From Octopus vulgaris (Eukaryota): a stretch of 64,000 nucleotides of DNA. How positions within the stretch are numbered: the stretch's first letter is position 1; each line of letters starts with the position of its first letter. The notes under the pieces were generated by a model. It did not search any database, had not been told where the DNA came from, and saw only the letters and a program-made list of their open reading frames with translations. Position numbers and translations under genes: made by a program. Below are positions 28,352-42,035 of the stretch, piece by piece. The stretch lies in NCBI GenBank assembly GCA_951406725.2, contig OX597816.1:128836001-128900000 (forward strand), given 5' to 3'.

Positions 28352-28510
28352 GAGGCATGGCCGTGTGGTAAGAATTTTGCTTCCCAACCACATGGCTCTA
28401 GATTCAGTCCCATTGTATGGCATCTTGGACAAATGTCTTCTACTATAGCCCCAGGCCAACCAAAGCCTTGTTAATGGATTTATCAGGCAGAAACTTAAAG
28501 AAGCCCATTG
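28352..28510 (+). mobile_element. SINE family A head
   Basis: Family A head sequence. Confidence 0.8.
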
Positions 28511-28592
28511 TGTGCATATATACATGCAGATGGATGCTGTGATTGACCAAAAGACACCTAGGGCATCAGAATGGGATTCTGACAATAAGTTA

Positions 28593-28676
<84 letters not shown>

Positions 28677-28925
28677 AGGTGGTGAGCTGGCAGAACTGTT
28701 AGCATGCTCGACAAAATGTTTAACAGCATTTCGTCCATCCTTATGCTCTGTGTTCAAATTCCACTGAGGTCAACTTTGCCTTTCATCTTTTAAGGTGTTC
28801 ATGAAATAAGTCCCAGTTATGCACTGGGGCCAATATAACTGAGTAATCTCCTCCACCCAAACTTCAGGCCTTAAGCCTATAGTAGAAAGGATTATTATCA
28901 TTATTGTTATTTTTATCATCATCAC

Positions 28926-28956
<31 letters not shown>

Positions 28957-29415
28957 GTTATTATTATTATTATCATTATTAGTGGTATTTCGTCCATCTG
29001 CATATTTTGAGTTCGAATTCTAAGTTAAAATTTTGCTGAGGTCGACTTTGTCTTTCGTCCTTTCAGAGTCAATAAATTAAGTACCAGTTGTGTACTGGGG
29101 TTGATCTAATCGACTGGCCTCCTCCCCAAAAAATTTAGGCCTTGTGCCTAGAGTAGAAAAGATTATAATTATTATTTTTTTTCATTATTATTATCATTAT
29201 TATATTTTGAAGGATTGACGTAACTGTTCACAAAGATAAACAGACAATACAAAGAGCATGATGCAATTGCAATAGATAACCAATAAAATATCTATTGCAA
29301 TCACATTGCATTCTTCATATTGTCTATTATTATTATTATTATTATTATCATTATTATTATTATCATTGTTGTTATTATAATGGAAAGTAGGCAGCATCAT
29401 GCTCTTCATATTGTC

Positions 29416-29457
<42 letters not shown>

Positions 29458-29480
29458 GATTATTATCATCATCATCATCA
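28593..29480 (+). mobile_element. Two family B SINEs (28676-28890, 28980-29165) embedded in (ATT)n tracts
   Basis: Nin-like domain twice; long (ATT)n runs. Confidence 0.8.
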
Positions 29481-29727
29481 TTCTTTCATAACACAGTGTA
29501 GGTAAAAATGCACCAGAGTTTTAGTCATCTGTCAAGTCACAACAAGGACCTCAGACAGATAATACTTTCCTTAAGACATGTGCTGTGCCCAATAAGGATG
29601 CTTTTTGCAAGACATCAATCTTGCATGGGATTTCCAATTGCCTTAAGAAATTTTGAAGTTTCAATGGGATTGAACCCAAAGCTCTGATCACCACTGGTAT
29701 CACTTTTACATTACTTTCTCACATTCC
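29480..29727 (-). mobile_element. R4/Dong-type non-LTR element, extreme 3' end
   Basis: Minus frame VKVIPVVIRALGSIPLKLQNFLRQLEIPCKIDVLQKASLLGTAHVLRKVLSV*, stop at 29551-29553; short 3' UTR, then (TGA)n(TAA)n. Confidence 0.85.
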
Positions 29728-30992
29728 TGAAAAACTCTGATGACTGGATGCTAAAATTTGACTTAAAGCATGAAAATAAGAAAACATCATACTCAGTAAC
29801 AAAAGAAACAAAGAAATATCTAAGTGAATTCCAAATACTACAAATCTCAGAATAAGATGTACTGGAAACAAGCACAGTGAAAGCTAAGTGTATGAAAACC
29901 CATGCTAAAACTGCTGCCTTAGATATTCTAACTGACAAATGGCAAGAAAAACCTCTCAATAGCAAATACCCAAAGAGAGCTAATAATGCCAATGTTGACA
30001 AAGCTCTTACCCATCAATGGTTGGTGTCTTCTGACTTAAAATTAGAGACAAATCAGCCCAAGATCAGCCTACCTACAAGAAGCTACCAGGCCAACATCTT
30101 AAAGAAAGGCAGTAGCCCAACATGTGTATGTGAACAACAAAATGAAACCATCGATCATGTAGTGTTCATGTGCAGTCTTCTTGCACTTACACAGTATCTC
30201 AACAGGCATGATAGAGCAACTCAGTATATTCACTGGGTAATTTGAAAAAACTTGGACCTGCCCCATGATAAAAACTGGTGGGAACACAAACCAACTTCAA
30301 TGCTTGAAAATTACCACATCTCACTCCTTCAACATTCAAACTGACAGAAAGATAAATGCAAATAGGCCAGACATTATATTGAAGGATTTCAGACAAAAAT
30401 TATGCTTTATCATCGATATGACTGTCCCAATTGACATAAATGCATCTGTCAAGGCCTACCAAAAATTAAGCAAGTATAAAGATCTTGAAATAGAAATTGG
30501 CAAAATGTGGAACCTGAAGACTAAAACAATACCTGTTGTCATAGATGCCCTAGGAATGATAGCAAAAGGGGCTAATTTCTACCTAGCTCAAATACCAGGA
30601 AATCCAAAAACAGAAGAAATTCAAAAGATAGTGCTCATGGGAACTGCTCATATCTTACATAAAATATTGTCTATGTAATCTCAAAAATATTTTAATCTGT
30701 AAACAATGTCAAAATACTTTTAAATGTACATAACAAATGCTTTTTACTGTCATCTTAACATCTGACTATCTTATAATAAAATTACTTTTAAATCAAACTT
30801 CTAATTTACTTATGATTTCACAGACATTCTCTAGAACAATACTCAGTGCAAAACCAAATATTTGGCTCCCTAGTCATAACACCAACTTGAACCTCTAACT
30901 TGTTGTCTCTTGAGGTCTTTGGGTGAGACTTGGAGTTGACTTGTACAAATACGAAGCAAAAGCCAAACATGTATTATTAATAATAGTAATAA
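29728..30992 (+). mobile_element. R4/Dong-type non-LTR retrotransposon 3' portion (CCHC knuckle and REL endonuclease)
   Basis: ORFs 29877-30245 and 30265-30678: C.C...ETIDHVV.C, RHD, RPDII, IIDMTVP, KYKDL, IPVVIDALG, GTAHIL; TAA-rich tail. Confidence 0.9.
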
Positions 30993-31202
30993 TGGTTTCA
31001 AATTTTGGTACAAGGTCAGCAATTTTGGGGTGTAGGTGAGGCTAAGTCAATCACATCGACTCCAGTGCACAACTGGTACTTACTTTATCAACCCAGAAAG
31101 GATGAAAGTCAACCCTGGTGGAATATGAGCTCAACATAAAGTTGGACGAAATGCTGCTTAGCAATTTTTCCAGTGTGTTAATGATTCTGCTAGCTCACCA
31201 CC
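30993..31202 (-). mobile_element. SINE family B
   Basis: Reverse complement of the Nin-like domain and head. Confidence 0.8.
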
Positions 31203-31205
31203 TAG

Positions 31206-31242
<37 letters not shown>

Positions 31243-31999
31243 TAATGATAAATGAGAGTGACACTGAGATTTTACAGTCACAATAACACCATGAAAAAAT
31301 GCATAAATCAATGACAGGATCACGTTTTTCAAGATCTTATGAAAATGAGCTTTCCTATACGTCAAAAATTCTTTTTTAGATGCAATCTGAATCTGCGTTT
31401 GTATGGTGGCTGTGCCACATATCTGATCAATGAACAGTATTCTCACTCAAACATATTTGGGACTTAAAAAAAGGATTATAATTTGTCCAATGTGAAGTAC
31501 ATATGTTTTGTCATGAACATTACACAAAACATCATGAAACATGCCATTGCACTGCAAAGGATGAAAATCCTCCATCAAATATATATTGTTAAATGGAACA
31601 TGTATGTGGATGGTGAGGCTTTGTGTAGTATTCCTGTGTCAGGAGAATGGAATGATTCTTTCAGTTGTGTTGTATCTTTTTACAATTTTGAGTGACTATA
31701 TACATATTTGGTTGCACACTATGATGCCTGCATCTGAAATGTCAGGTTACTCTTTAGAATGGTATTATCAAATTTGAAGTAATAATAATTAGATGTGACA
31801 AAAGTTAATGTGCACAATTTTAACAATATTTAGAATATATACTCTATATTTTAGAAACCTTTTAACACTATTTCGTTTCTAACCAGGTATAATGAAACAC
31901 AAATCTAGTAAATGTGAAATGTTTTATATTGCATATTGTTTATATTGATATAAGGATATATGGCACTATTATCATCATATATTTCTCTCTTTCTTTTAG

Positions 32000-32910
32000 A
32001 TAAGTTTTGGTAGTGATTTCAATTATTGAAAGCAATCATCAAATATCTGTTTAAGATATTTCAAGTGTCATAAACATCTGCATGGGTTCAATATAGAAAT
32101 GTAGAAATCAGAAAGCTATGCTCAAAGTTTCTCCCTTGGCTATTGGAAAGAGAAATTGCTGAGTACAGAGGACTTGTTGCTTGTCAGATCAATTTATAAC
32201 TTAAGGAAGAATTTGGCAAATGTTTAGTACCAAGTTTAGTAACATTGAAAGAAATTCCACTGAGCTTATTTCTTTCCAAAACAAAGTGTGATGCAGGTTA
32301 ATGGAAATTCTGTCATGGTAAAATATTTTTGAAGAACTGAAGAGACACCTTGCAAAGAAAATCAATGGTGTTTTCCATTTGATAATAGAGAAATGCATTT
32401 TCCTGTTGGCATTCATAGACAAAGGCATTGTAATCAATGCAGAGTAATTCAGGAAAAGAGTGGGGAAATGTATGAGAATGTTAAAAGAAATTGTATTTTC
32501 TTATACAACAATGCCCCCAATACATACTTTGGATACATTGTCATCAATAATTGAAGAATTAGCAACTAAAACTCTTGAACATCAGCCTAAACTATATTCC
32601 AACTAGTTTTGTCTATTCAAATATCTGAAGTGGTACTCAAAAGGTCAAAATTTTCAAATTCTATTGAAAATTGTATTTTGAAAATCAACTGTCTGACTTC
32701 TTTTAAACATTAAATGAATGAATTGATAAAGAAACAGAAGAAATCATTATTGAAAAATCAAAGCAATACATGATAGTAATCAGTATTAATATCTTACATT
32801 TGTTTTCCTACTTAATAGTTGTTTTGTCTTTTTGTATCATAGTTGTTATATCTCAATGCATCTTTACCAGTTTCCTCTTGATTAGCAGCATACTTTATGA
32901 ACCTTCAGTA
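32000..32910 (+). mobile_element. Highly decayed mariner-like DNA transposon
   Basis: YNNA (HDNA-like) at about 32504; EHQP...F.LF remnant at about 32578-32620; TIR-like TACTTTATGAACCTTCAGTA 32891-32910. Confidence 0.5.
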
Positions 32911-33009
32911 GGTATCCATGTCAGTATCAGGATTATTTGTGAATGAGATCCATTCCAAGTTCCAGGATAACATGGAATTTAATACTGGTTTTGTGTCTTG
33001 CTTTCACTC

Positions 33010-33342
33010 CTTTACTCCTTTACTTGTTTCAGTCATTTGACTGTGGCCATGCTGGAGCACCGCCTTTAGTTGAGCAAATTGACCCCAGGACTTATTCTTT
33101 GTAAGCCTAGTACTTATTCTATTGGTCTCTTTTGCTCAACCGCTAAGTTACGGGGACAAACACAGACACACACACACATATATATACGATGGGCTTTTTT
33201 CAGTTTCTGTCTACCAAATCCACTCACAAGGCTTTGGTTGGCCTGAGGCTGTAGTAGAAGACACTTGCCCAAGGTTCCATGCAGTGGGACTGAACCCAGA
33301 ACCAGGTGGTTGGAAAGCAAGCTACTTACCACACAGCCATTC
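33010..33342 (-). mobile_element. SINE family A, near full length
   Basis: Reverse complement of tail and head. Confidence 0.9.
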
Positions 33343-34019
33343 CTAGGGCCAAAGTTTCATTCATTCACCATAACACCTATAGGGAGCTGGTTTGGTATAA
33401 TAATTTTATAGAACAATGTAGTTGCTTTAATGGTATTCTTACACAGTGAAGAAAGTCAGGATTTCATTATATATTTCGAGAGTACTGCAGATGATAACAT
33501 GAACATAAAATTATTTCAGTTACCAGCAATCTACATACACATAGATTTGAGTATATAAATAACTGAATATTTTAATGTTTACCTAATTTTTAACATCTAC
33601 TTTTCTATGTTTGCATAGGTTATATAAGAGTATTTTGAGACAGTATTTCTACAACCAGATGTCTTTCGTCTTGTTAAACACCTCTTGTCTCCAAGTGGGA
33701 TAATAATGTTCTTGTCTATCAAACAACAAGCAGCCTGAATATTATTTATGTGGAGGACTACAAACAAACAACACCATATGAACCCTTTGTTTTCAAAAAC
33801 TGCACAATATCTCAAAATATGTCTAGACGCTGGACATGTTTTTGTAATGGTCAGCAAGAAAATAACATCATCAGGAAGCTATTGTTTACAAAGTAGTGAA
33901 AGTATGGGAAACGTGAAATCATACAAATCCAAACATGCATGCACACACACATACAAACATGCATGCACAAACATGCATGCACACACACACACACACACGT
34001 GTATGCATTTATATAAGAG

Positions 34020-34380
34020 ATTTTTTTTTTCAGTTTTCATTAGTCAAATTCACTCAGGTTTTGGTCAATCCAAAGCTATAGTAGAAGACACTTACCCAAG
34101 GTACTATGCAGTGGAACTGAACCCAAAGCCATGTATTTGGGAAGTAGAAAGCCAAGAAGATGGCGAACTGGCAGAAACGTTAGCACACCAGCCAAAATGC
34201 TTATCGGTATTTCATCTGCCACTATGTTCGGAGTTCAAATTCCACCAAGGTCAACTTTGCCTTTCATCCTTTCAGGGTCAATTAAATATGTACCAGTTAT
34301 GCACTGTGGTCGATATAATCGACTTAATCCATTTGTCTGTCCTTGTTTGTGTAGCCCCTTGTGGACAGTAAAGAAATAAG
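34020..34380. mobile_element. Family A head (minus, 34020-34150) adjacent to family B SINE (plus, 34160-34380)
   Basis: Diagnostic motifs of both families; explains ORF 33748-34371. Confidence 0.8.
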
Positions 34381-35172
34381 AAAGCCAAAAAGATGTAGAT
34401 CCTTCTGATATCAGATTTTCTCTGCCTATTATGAAAATAGATTTGACTTATTTCATTTCAAAATTTCTTCATGCTTTTCCACTGACATGCAATAGAAATT
34501 AATTCTAAAAGAGTTATTATTATTGACATGATGCTGGTCAACAGCTGGTTTGTCTGAATGTAAACATCAGTTGCATAACAACTTAATCAATAGACTGGTT
34601 TTTAACTCTTAGTCTATGGACAAATACAGTTGTTGAAATCTGATCTTGTGGATTAAAATATTTCAGTAATTCAAATGTGTTCAACAACTTGGTCAATTTG
34701 CTCAAGTATTAACACTAATCGAAGTTAACCATATGAAAACTGTCAAAAATATGACAAATTATAATATCAAAGGCATCTTGTAGAAGCGTTCAGATCACAG
34801 GCAACAAAATGCATATCACTGACAACTCAACCAAGTGAAGGAAGTTATGTCTTAACACACTCATTTAGATTTTCATTACACTTTGATCTTTTTCTTGTAA
34901 ATGATACATGCTAGTCAATTATTTTTCCAGGTAAATGTCTTTCATATCTCTTCTCTCCAAATCAACAATCAGGATTCAAGCAATTTATACATTTTAATCA
35001 AAGTTTAAGATGTTTGTATAACAACTCTGTTACAAGCCAACTCTATCACATTCATCCTCATCTTGTCTGTCTCTCTCATATATATATATGTGTATATATA
35101 TATAATGTGCCTGTGTGTGTGTGTATGCACATGGACTCTCTATGCTCAATCTCCTGGTTTTCCTATATATAC

Positions 35173-35203
<31 letters not shown>

Positions 35204-35329
35204 TATATATACACATATATACGATACACACACACATATATATATATGTATATATATGTGTGTGTGTTGTGTGTGTGTGTATGTGTGTGTGTGTGTATGT
35301 GTGTGTGTGTGTTTAATCTTTATTACAAT

Positions 35330-35800
35330 GTGCCCATTCACTACTGAGGTCTTTTCTGTTCATGTTTCAATACCATATAATAACAGTTCTATATTTGATC
35401 GATGCATCAGAAAAAAAAAATTTCTTTCTTTTGTTCAGTCAAAGAATTTGTTTACCATGTTACTGCAGCAGTTCCTTAAACATCTTCCTTCTACTTTTCA
35501 CTTTAAGTATAACACTGCTACTGACTTCACTTCTAAAAGTGATTTGGTCACTTCAATAACAGAGATTGTCTTCCACTTTGACTGAATCCATCACCTCTTG
35601 ACCTGCTGATGTCACTTTAAGTGCACCACCAGTGAATTTAATGCACTTAATGTATTCAATTACTGTCAAATCTACCTGAAATTCTGCTACACATCATATG
35701 CTTTCAGTTATTATATTACAAACAGCATATTGACTTCTTCGTCTATACTGAACTTGGCCATCTGCTTGATGAAATTATACTAAAGGAAATACCTGCAACT
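35330..35800 (-). mobile_element. Old RTE-like LINE relic
   Basis: Minus frame ELLLYGIET*T (compare LLYGSETWT) near 35345-35390. Confidence 0.4.
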
Positions 35801-36469
35801 GGCCACCATCTTAATTTTGATTTCCTCAATAATCAGCCCCTTACTTTTCAGATTTCAAATATTTCCTGTATTGTCCTTTATAGATTCATCAGTACAAAAT
35901 AAATTATCTCTTTTCAGATGCACTTATGATCAGAATGATCAGAATAATCATCAAATTTTAGCTCTAATAACTTTCTTACTACTTTTATCTGGTTTACATA
36001 GCCACTTACAAAGCTACCTATCAACAACTAGCTTTGTTAATGCTGCCAAGCATCACAGCAAGTGGCATTCTGCCAAATGCTTTATCTATATGAGCAAACA
36101 GAAGTACAACTCCTTGCTTTTTGACAAGCTATGCAATGAACTGAAAAACACCATGTGTTTGTGTGTGTATATGTGTGTGTTTATGTGTGAATGCACACAT
36201 CATGTGCATAATAGATTATAGGTATTATGACACATAAAATCAGGGTACTCAATACTAACATTAGCATGAAATATTTAATTATATAGTCCTTTCACTGATC
36301 ATATTATCATGGCTTAGACTCATAGCCAGAAAAATCTCTGGATAATCATAGGCAATAAAATACATCTGTAGCCAATTATTATTTATTGTTTTTAGAAGAG
36401 GACTCCAAGGTTCCAGTTTTACATTATAGGTTTGAACTTATGCTAAGGGGTATAATTCATTACTTCTTA

Positions 36470-36685
36470 ATAAGGTTTCAAATTTTGACACAAGTCCAGC
36501 AATTTCAGGGAAGTGGGTAAGTCGATGACGTCAACTCCAGTGTTCAACTGGTACATATTTTATTTAACCCAGAAGGATGAAAGGCAAAGTCAACCTCAGC
36601 AGAATTTGAGCTTCGAACATAAGGACAGACAAAATGCCTCTAAGCATTTGCTTGGCATGTTAACAATTCTGCCAGCTCACCACCT
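36470..36685 (-). mobile_element. SINE family B
   Basis: AAGGATGAAAGGCAAAGTCAACCTC motif. Confidence 0.8.
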
Positions 36686-37337
36686 TTCATTACTTTTTAA
36701 TAATGATTGTTAGCAACATGTTATTTAACTTGGGTTAGCCCCAGATGATATGGTTGATGAACATTTAAAAGTGACTGACTTCAAAGGTAGAGGATTTTGA
36801 GAAAGTTGCTACAGGGTAAGGGTAAATAATGAGTAGGGGATAATGAATGAGTTAAAACCATTAAAGTGTCACTGACTATTTTTTATGTAATATGTGCAGG
36901 TGTGGCTCTGTAATAAGAAGTTTGCTTCCTGACCGTATGGTTTTGGTGTCAGTCTTTCTGCATGACACAATCCCAGGTCAATCAAAGCCTTGTGAAAGTA
37001 GGTGCTGGTTTGTTTATATCCCTTAAACTTAGTTGTTCAGTGAAAGGTACAATACTAACAGAATAAGTACTGGACTTAAAAAATAAATAAATACTTGATG
37101 GTGGTGGAAGTAATTCATTCAATGAGTGTAATAAGTAAAAAATAAAAGGAGTATAAAAAAAAGAGAATCTGGTGAACTGACAGTAGGGACTGATGATATA
37201 AATAACAGAGACCATAGAGGTAAAGAGTATTTCATAGTGGGTTAAAGCTAAGGTGAGAAATACACAGTGTGATTGCTCCAGGTAAAGAATTAAACATTAA
37301 ACCATTCAATCAAGTGAAAGTATAATCTTACAGTATT

Positions 37338-37566
37338 TTAACCCTTTCATTACCATATTTCTGTTGAGATGCTCTGTGTTTCTTTCAATTAATTTTAAAT
37401 ATAACAATGAATTTAGTAAAATAACTTCGTCATCATTCAGCTAGTGTTAGGAATAGAAATTGTGACTAAGGTTTGGTGGAAGGTTTTAATTCAGAACTTT
37501 TGATGACAAGACACTTGTACTCAGAGTGAGAGGTGGTTTCAGGCAGGTTGGCAACAAAAGGGTTAA
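37338..37566. mobile_element. piggyBac-type MITE
   Basis: TTAA at both ends; TIRs CCCTTTCATTACCA and TGGCAACAAAAGGG. Confidence 0.8.
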
Positions 37567-38204
37567 CAAATATTTATTAAAATAGAGACCCTTGTTGAAA
37601 ATCTTCGACTCAGTATTTAGATAATCTGCAGATATGTTTGAAGGTATTTCCAGTTATGCACAGCCAATAGGCTTCTTTCTTTTATTCCATTTCTGTATGC
37701 TTCATATTTTTTAAGGATGTTTCACTTGAGGTCAAATGCAGTTGCATGGCAGTTCAGACAAAAGTTCAGATAATAATTAGATAGCTTGCTGCATTACTTG
37801 TCACTATATTTCTGAAGGAAAAAAGTGTAGTTAAAGTACATTTGCTTCAACTTATCTTCCACCAAACTTCTATAATGTTTATATACAGTGCCTAGATTTG
37901 ATTTCGTGGAGGTAACTTCTGCCCCATAAATAATTGCTACAGCATTTCACATATGATTAAGAGTGCATGCATTTGTATTTCTTATTGTGCATTTAACCTT
38001 AGTTATATTTAGTTGCTTTACTTGTTATTAAATTTTCCATAGCAGTGATGGAGATGTAATTTAGTTTTAAGTTATTTCCGCCGAATGATTTACTATATCA
38101 TTGACTAATTGTGAAATGCTTAATTAATAAGTTGATTTAACTATGTTAGACTTAACATTTAATGTCTTTTCCAACATTCAAGTGAATGGTTCAACAGAAT
38201 CAAA

Positions 38205-38330
38205 CAAGCAAAATTGTTAGCATACTGGGAAAAATGCTTAGCAGCATTTCATCTGTCTTTACATTCTGAGTTCAAATTCTGTTGAGGTCAACTTTGCCTT
38301 TCATCCTTTTAGGGTCAATAAAATAAGTAC
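38205..38330 (+). mobile_element. SINE family B, partial
   Basis: GAGTTCAAATTC...ACTTTGCCTTTCATCC. Confidence 0.75.
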
Positions 38331-38639
38331 TGTGAAGACTTGTGAAATATAGCTACCTGTGGTTTTCTGTCTGAAAATTTTTATTTATTTCACCCTTTAT
38401 GAAGCTGGTAAAGACAAGACAGTTTAGTAGCTCCACTCGATGTCCAAGAACTTTGAATGAGCACACACATTTTGAAAAGGATAAACCAGTGAAGAGGAGA
38501 TAATTAACTGCCCAGCAAATAAATGCAGTGTTTTACAAGTGTCTAAAAATAAACCAGCATTGGAATGGGTTAGGGTTTGTCCAAAGGTTTATCTTTAATT
38601 CTCACTAAGATGTACTTTGTAATATGTAGACATGGTGAA

Positions 38640-39720
38640 AATATCTCACTGTTCTCATTTATACACTCCCTGGATGTTCTAGGTCTTTTTTAAAGATACA
38701 GTTTTTCAAGTGAGCTTATGAAACATCTTTTTGACCCATTAATATAAGGTCTAATCTTAGGATCTTCCACTTGGTGTTGTAATTAATGTTCAGATCCTTA
38801 AAGTCTCCAGATTAATACTGAGAGGATTGTTGTGTCTCTTTTTGGGGTGCCCAAAGGTAGAAAAATGGTTGCCATATTTGGGTTTAAATTTTTGTACTAC
38901 AGGCACTAACATAGCTAGGTGGGAGCTGTAGAGGTGGTCTGCTCTGGGTGGCACTTTTAAAGGGGTGGCACTTTTGGGTCTCCTGTAGGCAATGTGTTTT
39001 TTGTGGGGTCCAGGGCAGCAAACAGAAAGGCAACCCTGGGCAGCACACACTCTAGCTATGCTAGTGCCTACAGGCTCTATATATCATTTAGTCTGGTTGG
39101 AGTTATTATTACATCACATAAACAACAAAAGATGTGCCTGCTTAAGAGAACATTTTGTGTATCTCAGTCTGATCCCAGCTATTGATTGCTTATTGATATA
39201 GGTCTTTACATTACGGGGACAGGAATACATAATTTTAATGGTGTGCCTATTAAATATCTTACTATACTTACAGTTGCTTTCAAAGTGATTATTTAATAAG
39301 AGTATGAATCTTCTATCTATATTTGTTCTAACATTTAGGGACAATGGTAGTTTGAATCCTAAAATATTGCAGGACCTATTCTTATGACTGGATAGCTGTG
39401 GAAGTGGAGTGTTATAAAAGATTTTATCATTAAAGATGCAATCCTCTAAAGCCTTATTATAATATGGGGATGCCATTTCAAATATTTCGCTAACTGAAGA
39501 AAGGCATGTGATTCTATTGCTAATATTAGGAATTAAGTTCTTAAATGTTATAAGTGGATGGCAACAATGTTCATTAACACACTTGAGATTTTCATTGGGC
39601 TTACTGAAGGGTTTATAGAAATTAATATTGTGGCATAAAGTAAGTCAAAAATGTCAGTTCTAGTTAAGTTAGTGTCAGCAGAAAATTTAAATCCTAAAGA
39701 AATAAAAGTGGAAATCAACT
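38640..39720 (-). mobile_element. Penelope-like element: RT C-terminus, linker and GIY-YIG endonuclease (decayed)
   Basis: ORF 39114-39476 ASPYYNKAL..NVRTNIDRRF..KIFNRHTIKIMYSC; then KFKPKYGNHFSTF, INYNTKWKIL, PYINGSKRC. Confidence 0.9.
38904..39066. mobile_element. hAT-type MITE (163 bp) inserted in the PLE endonuclease
   Basis: 15-bp TIRs CACTAACATAGCTAG and CTAGCTATGCTAGTG (14/15); 8-bp TSD ACTACAGG/CCTACAGG. Confidence 0.85.
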
Positions 39721-39834
39721 GTTTTCTGCAGGAATCTATAGTGTGGCTTACACAACTCTGTGGAACTTTACATATACATACATACATACATACTGTTTTT
39801 TTTTGTAAACTTTCCCTATATATATATATATATA

Positions 39835-40226
39835 GATTCAGATGAACATGGTACTTAAGTTGAGGCACCAGAATTTAGTATGGTATTATCCATATAATTT
39901 CAAAGTAAGGTGATTAAAATCAAAATAAGCATCAAGGATATCCAGAGGTAAGACAATAAGATCGTTTAATGCAACTCCATTTAATTGAACAATGCAATCT
40001 TTACATCAATTTAAAATGCAGTGCAATCTTTAGCTGCACAAAGACATAGAATTTAATTAAATTAGAACAGATGGACACATTAGTATAATTATACCTAAAA
40101 TCTCCAAGAAGTTAATGAGATAGACAAAAAACATGCTGTCTCACTCAAGTATTGTTCTATTAAATGGAGTTGCATGAAACAATCATACTGCATTACCTCT
40201 AGATATCCTTGTTGCTTATTTTGATA
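39835..40226. mobile_element. Inverted pair of PLE pseudo-LTR-like segments carrying HHR relics
   Basis: 39918-39993 is the reverse complement of 40151-40226; 39835-40040 (minus) is homologous to 62493-62700. Confidence 0.75.
39952..40038 (-). ncRNA. Degenerate hammerhead ribozyme (family of 62493-62585)
   Basis: Minus: TGCAG-CTAAAGA-TTGCA...TGCAT-TAAAC-GATC-TTA-TTGT; inverted copy at 40171-40192 reads TGCAT-GAAAC-AATC-ATA-CTGCA. Confidence 0.6.
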
Positions 40227-40461
40227 TATATATGCATATGTATCATCATCATCATTTAATACACATATTCCATATTGGCATGGACAACCGGTGTTGGTGT
40301 GCTTCTCTCCTTGTAACTTAATGGTTCACCAAGAGGTAAATAAAATAGAATAAGTACCAGGTTAAAAATAAAAGATTGGGGTTGATTTGTTCGACTAAAG
40401 GCAATGCTCCAGCATGGTTGCAGTTAAATGACTGAAAAAAAGAATCAAATAGTAAAAGAAT

Positions 40462-40506
<45 letters not shown>

Positions 40507-40997
40507 CAGTCCCAGTCAACTTGATTTTCAGAACAAATTTGACTGTACTATTAGTGTAGGGTTACACCAAAAATAAATACTTAGTTGTTAATCATAAAAT
40601 TACTTCCAAATAATAGCATCATGTGTGTGTGTGTATTCATATATTCACTCATAAACACAATAACACGCTTAGTGGTACAATGTATCATGTTGACAGATAT
40701 GATAACAAATATATTAAATTTCTTCTATTGAAATATATATATATATATATATATATAGCACTACAGTATAGAAATTTGGAGTTAAAACCTAAACTTGGCA
40801 AAGGAACACATACACTAAGCAATATAACATAGTTCTGGGCATTATTACATCCATCATTAGTTCCATTAATGTCTAAATTATGACCTTACACCAGTTCTGG
40901 TTGATCACAACAGTGATTCCAAAATTATATGTAATTATATGTATTGTATGTATGTGCATATGTGTGTATATAATAGATAGATAGATACATACATACA

Positions 40998-41029
<32 letters not shown>

Positions 41030-41298
41030 CACAGAATAGATAGGTAGAGATGTATAGACATCTATATCTATCTTTGTGTGTGTTGTCTATCTGTTTGTAT
41101 ATATGTGTGCATATATGTGTATTGTATATCTATATATGCCTGTACAGAAATGCAATAACTGTGATGGTAATATATTTGACAAGTGACCACATGGACATAC
41201 ATTCAAATCTTCACACAGCCAAATAAGTCTATAGTTTACACATACACAATCACACACATTTATATAAGTATATACATATACATCATATGCATATACTG

Positions 41299-41347
<49 letters not shown>

Positions 41348-41672
41348 ATAGATAGATAGATAGATAGATAGTTAACTCTACTTATTCATGTTTGCTTCAC
41401 TGATGCAAAAAACAGGCTCCGCTCTGACTTCACACTTGATTGGTTAGAAGAAAGAAGAGTGTTCAGCTGTAAAAACAATCGCTCCAATAATAAGGCTTGT
41501 CACGGTTTCAAGAAGGATAGAAAAAGAAATGTATGTAAAATTATTAAAAAAAATAGCATTACTGATATACATGTGCATGTGTGTGTGTCTGTGTGTGTAC
41601 TTATATCATCATCATACACACACATACAAACATATACACACACAGACATACGTACACACATGCACTCACATA

Positions 41673-41726
<54 letters not shown>

Positions 41727-41728
<2 letters not shown>

Positions 41729-42022
41729 GAGGCACAATGGCCCAGTGGTTAGGGCAGCGGACTCACGGTTGGAGGATCGCGGTTTCAATTCCCGGACCGG
41801 GCGTTGTGTGTGTTTATTGAGCGAAAACATCTAAAGCTCCATGAGGCTCTGGCAGAGGGTGGTGGCGACCCCTGCTGTACTCTTTCTCTCACTCTTTCTT
41901 CTGTTGGCCCGCTTCCTTAGCCAGCGTGGTGGCGTCATTTGAAGGCTAAAACAATGCAAAGTGCATTGTGACCAGCGATGTGTAGCAACATTTGACAGCC
42001 TGGTCGGTCACGTGATCACATG
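41727..42022 (+). mobile_element. tRNA-derived SINE, family D
   Basis: TGGCCCAGTGG A box, GGTTTCAATTCCC B box-like, GC-rich body. Confidence 0.8.
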
Positions 42023-42035
42023 ATATATATATAGT

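Noticed and set aside
31380-31680. Cys/His-rich short frames after a polypyrimidine-AG
   Set aside because: Stops in all frames and no recognisable domain or splice donor
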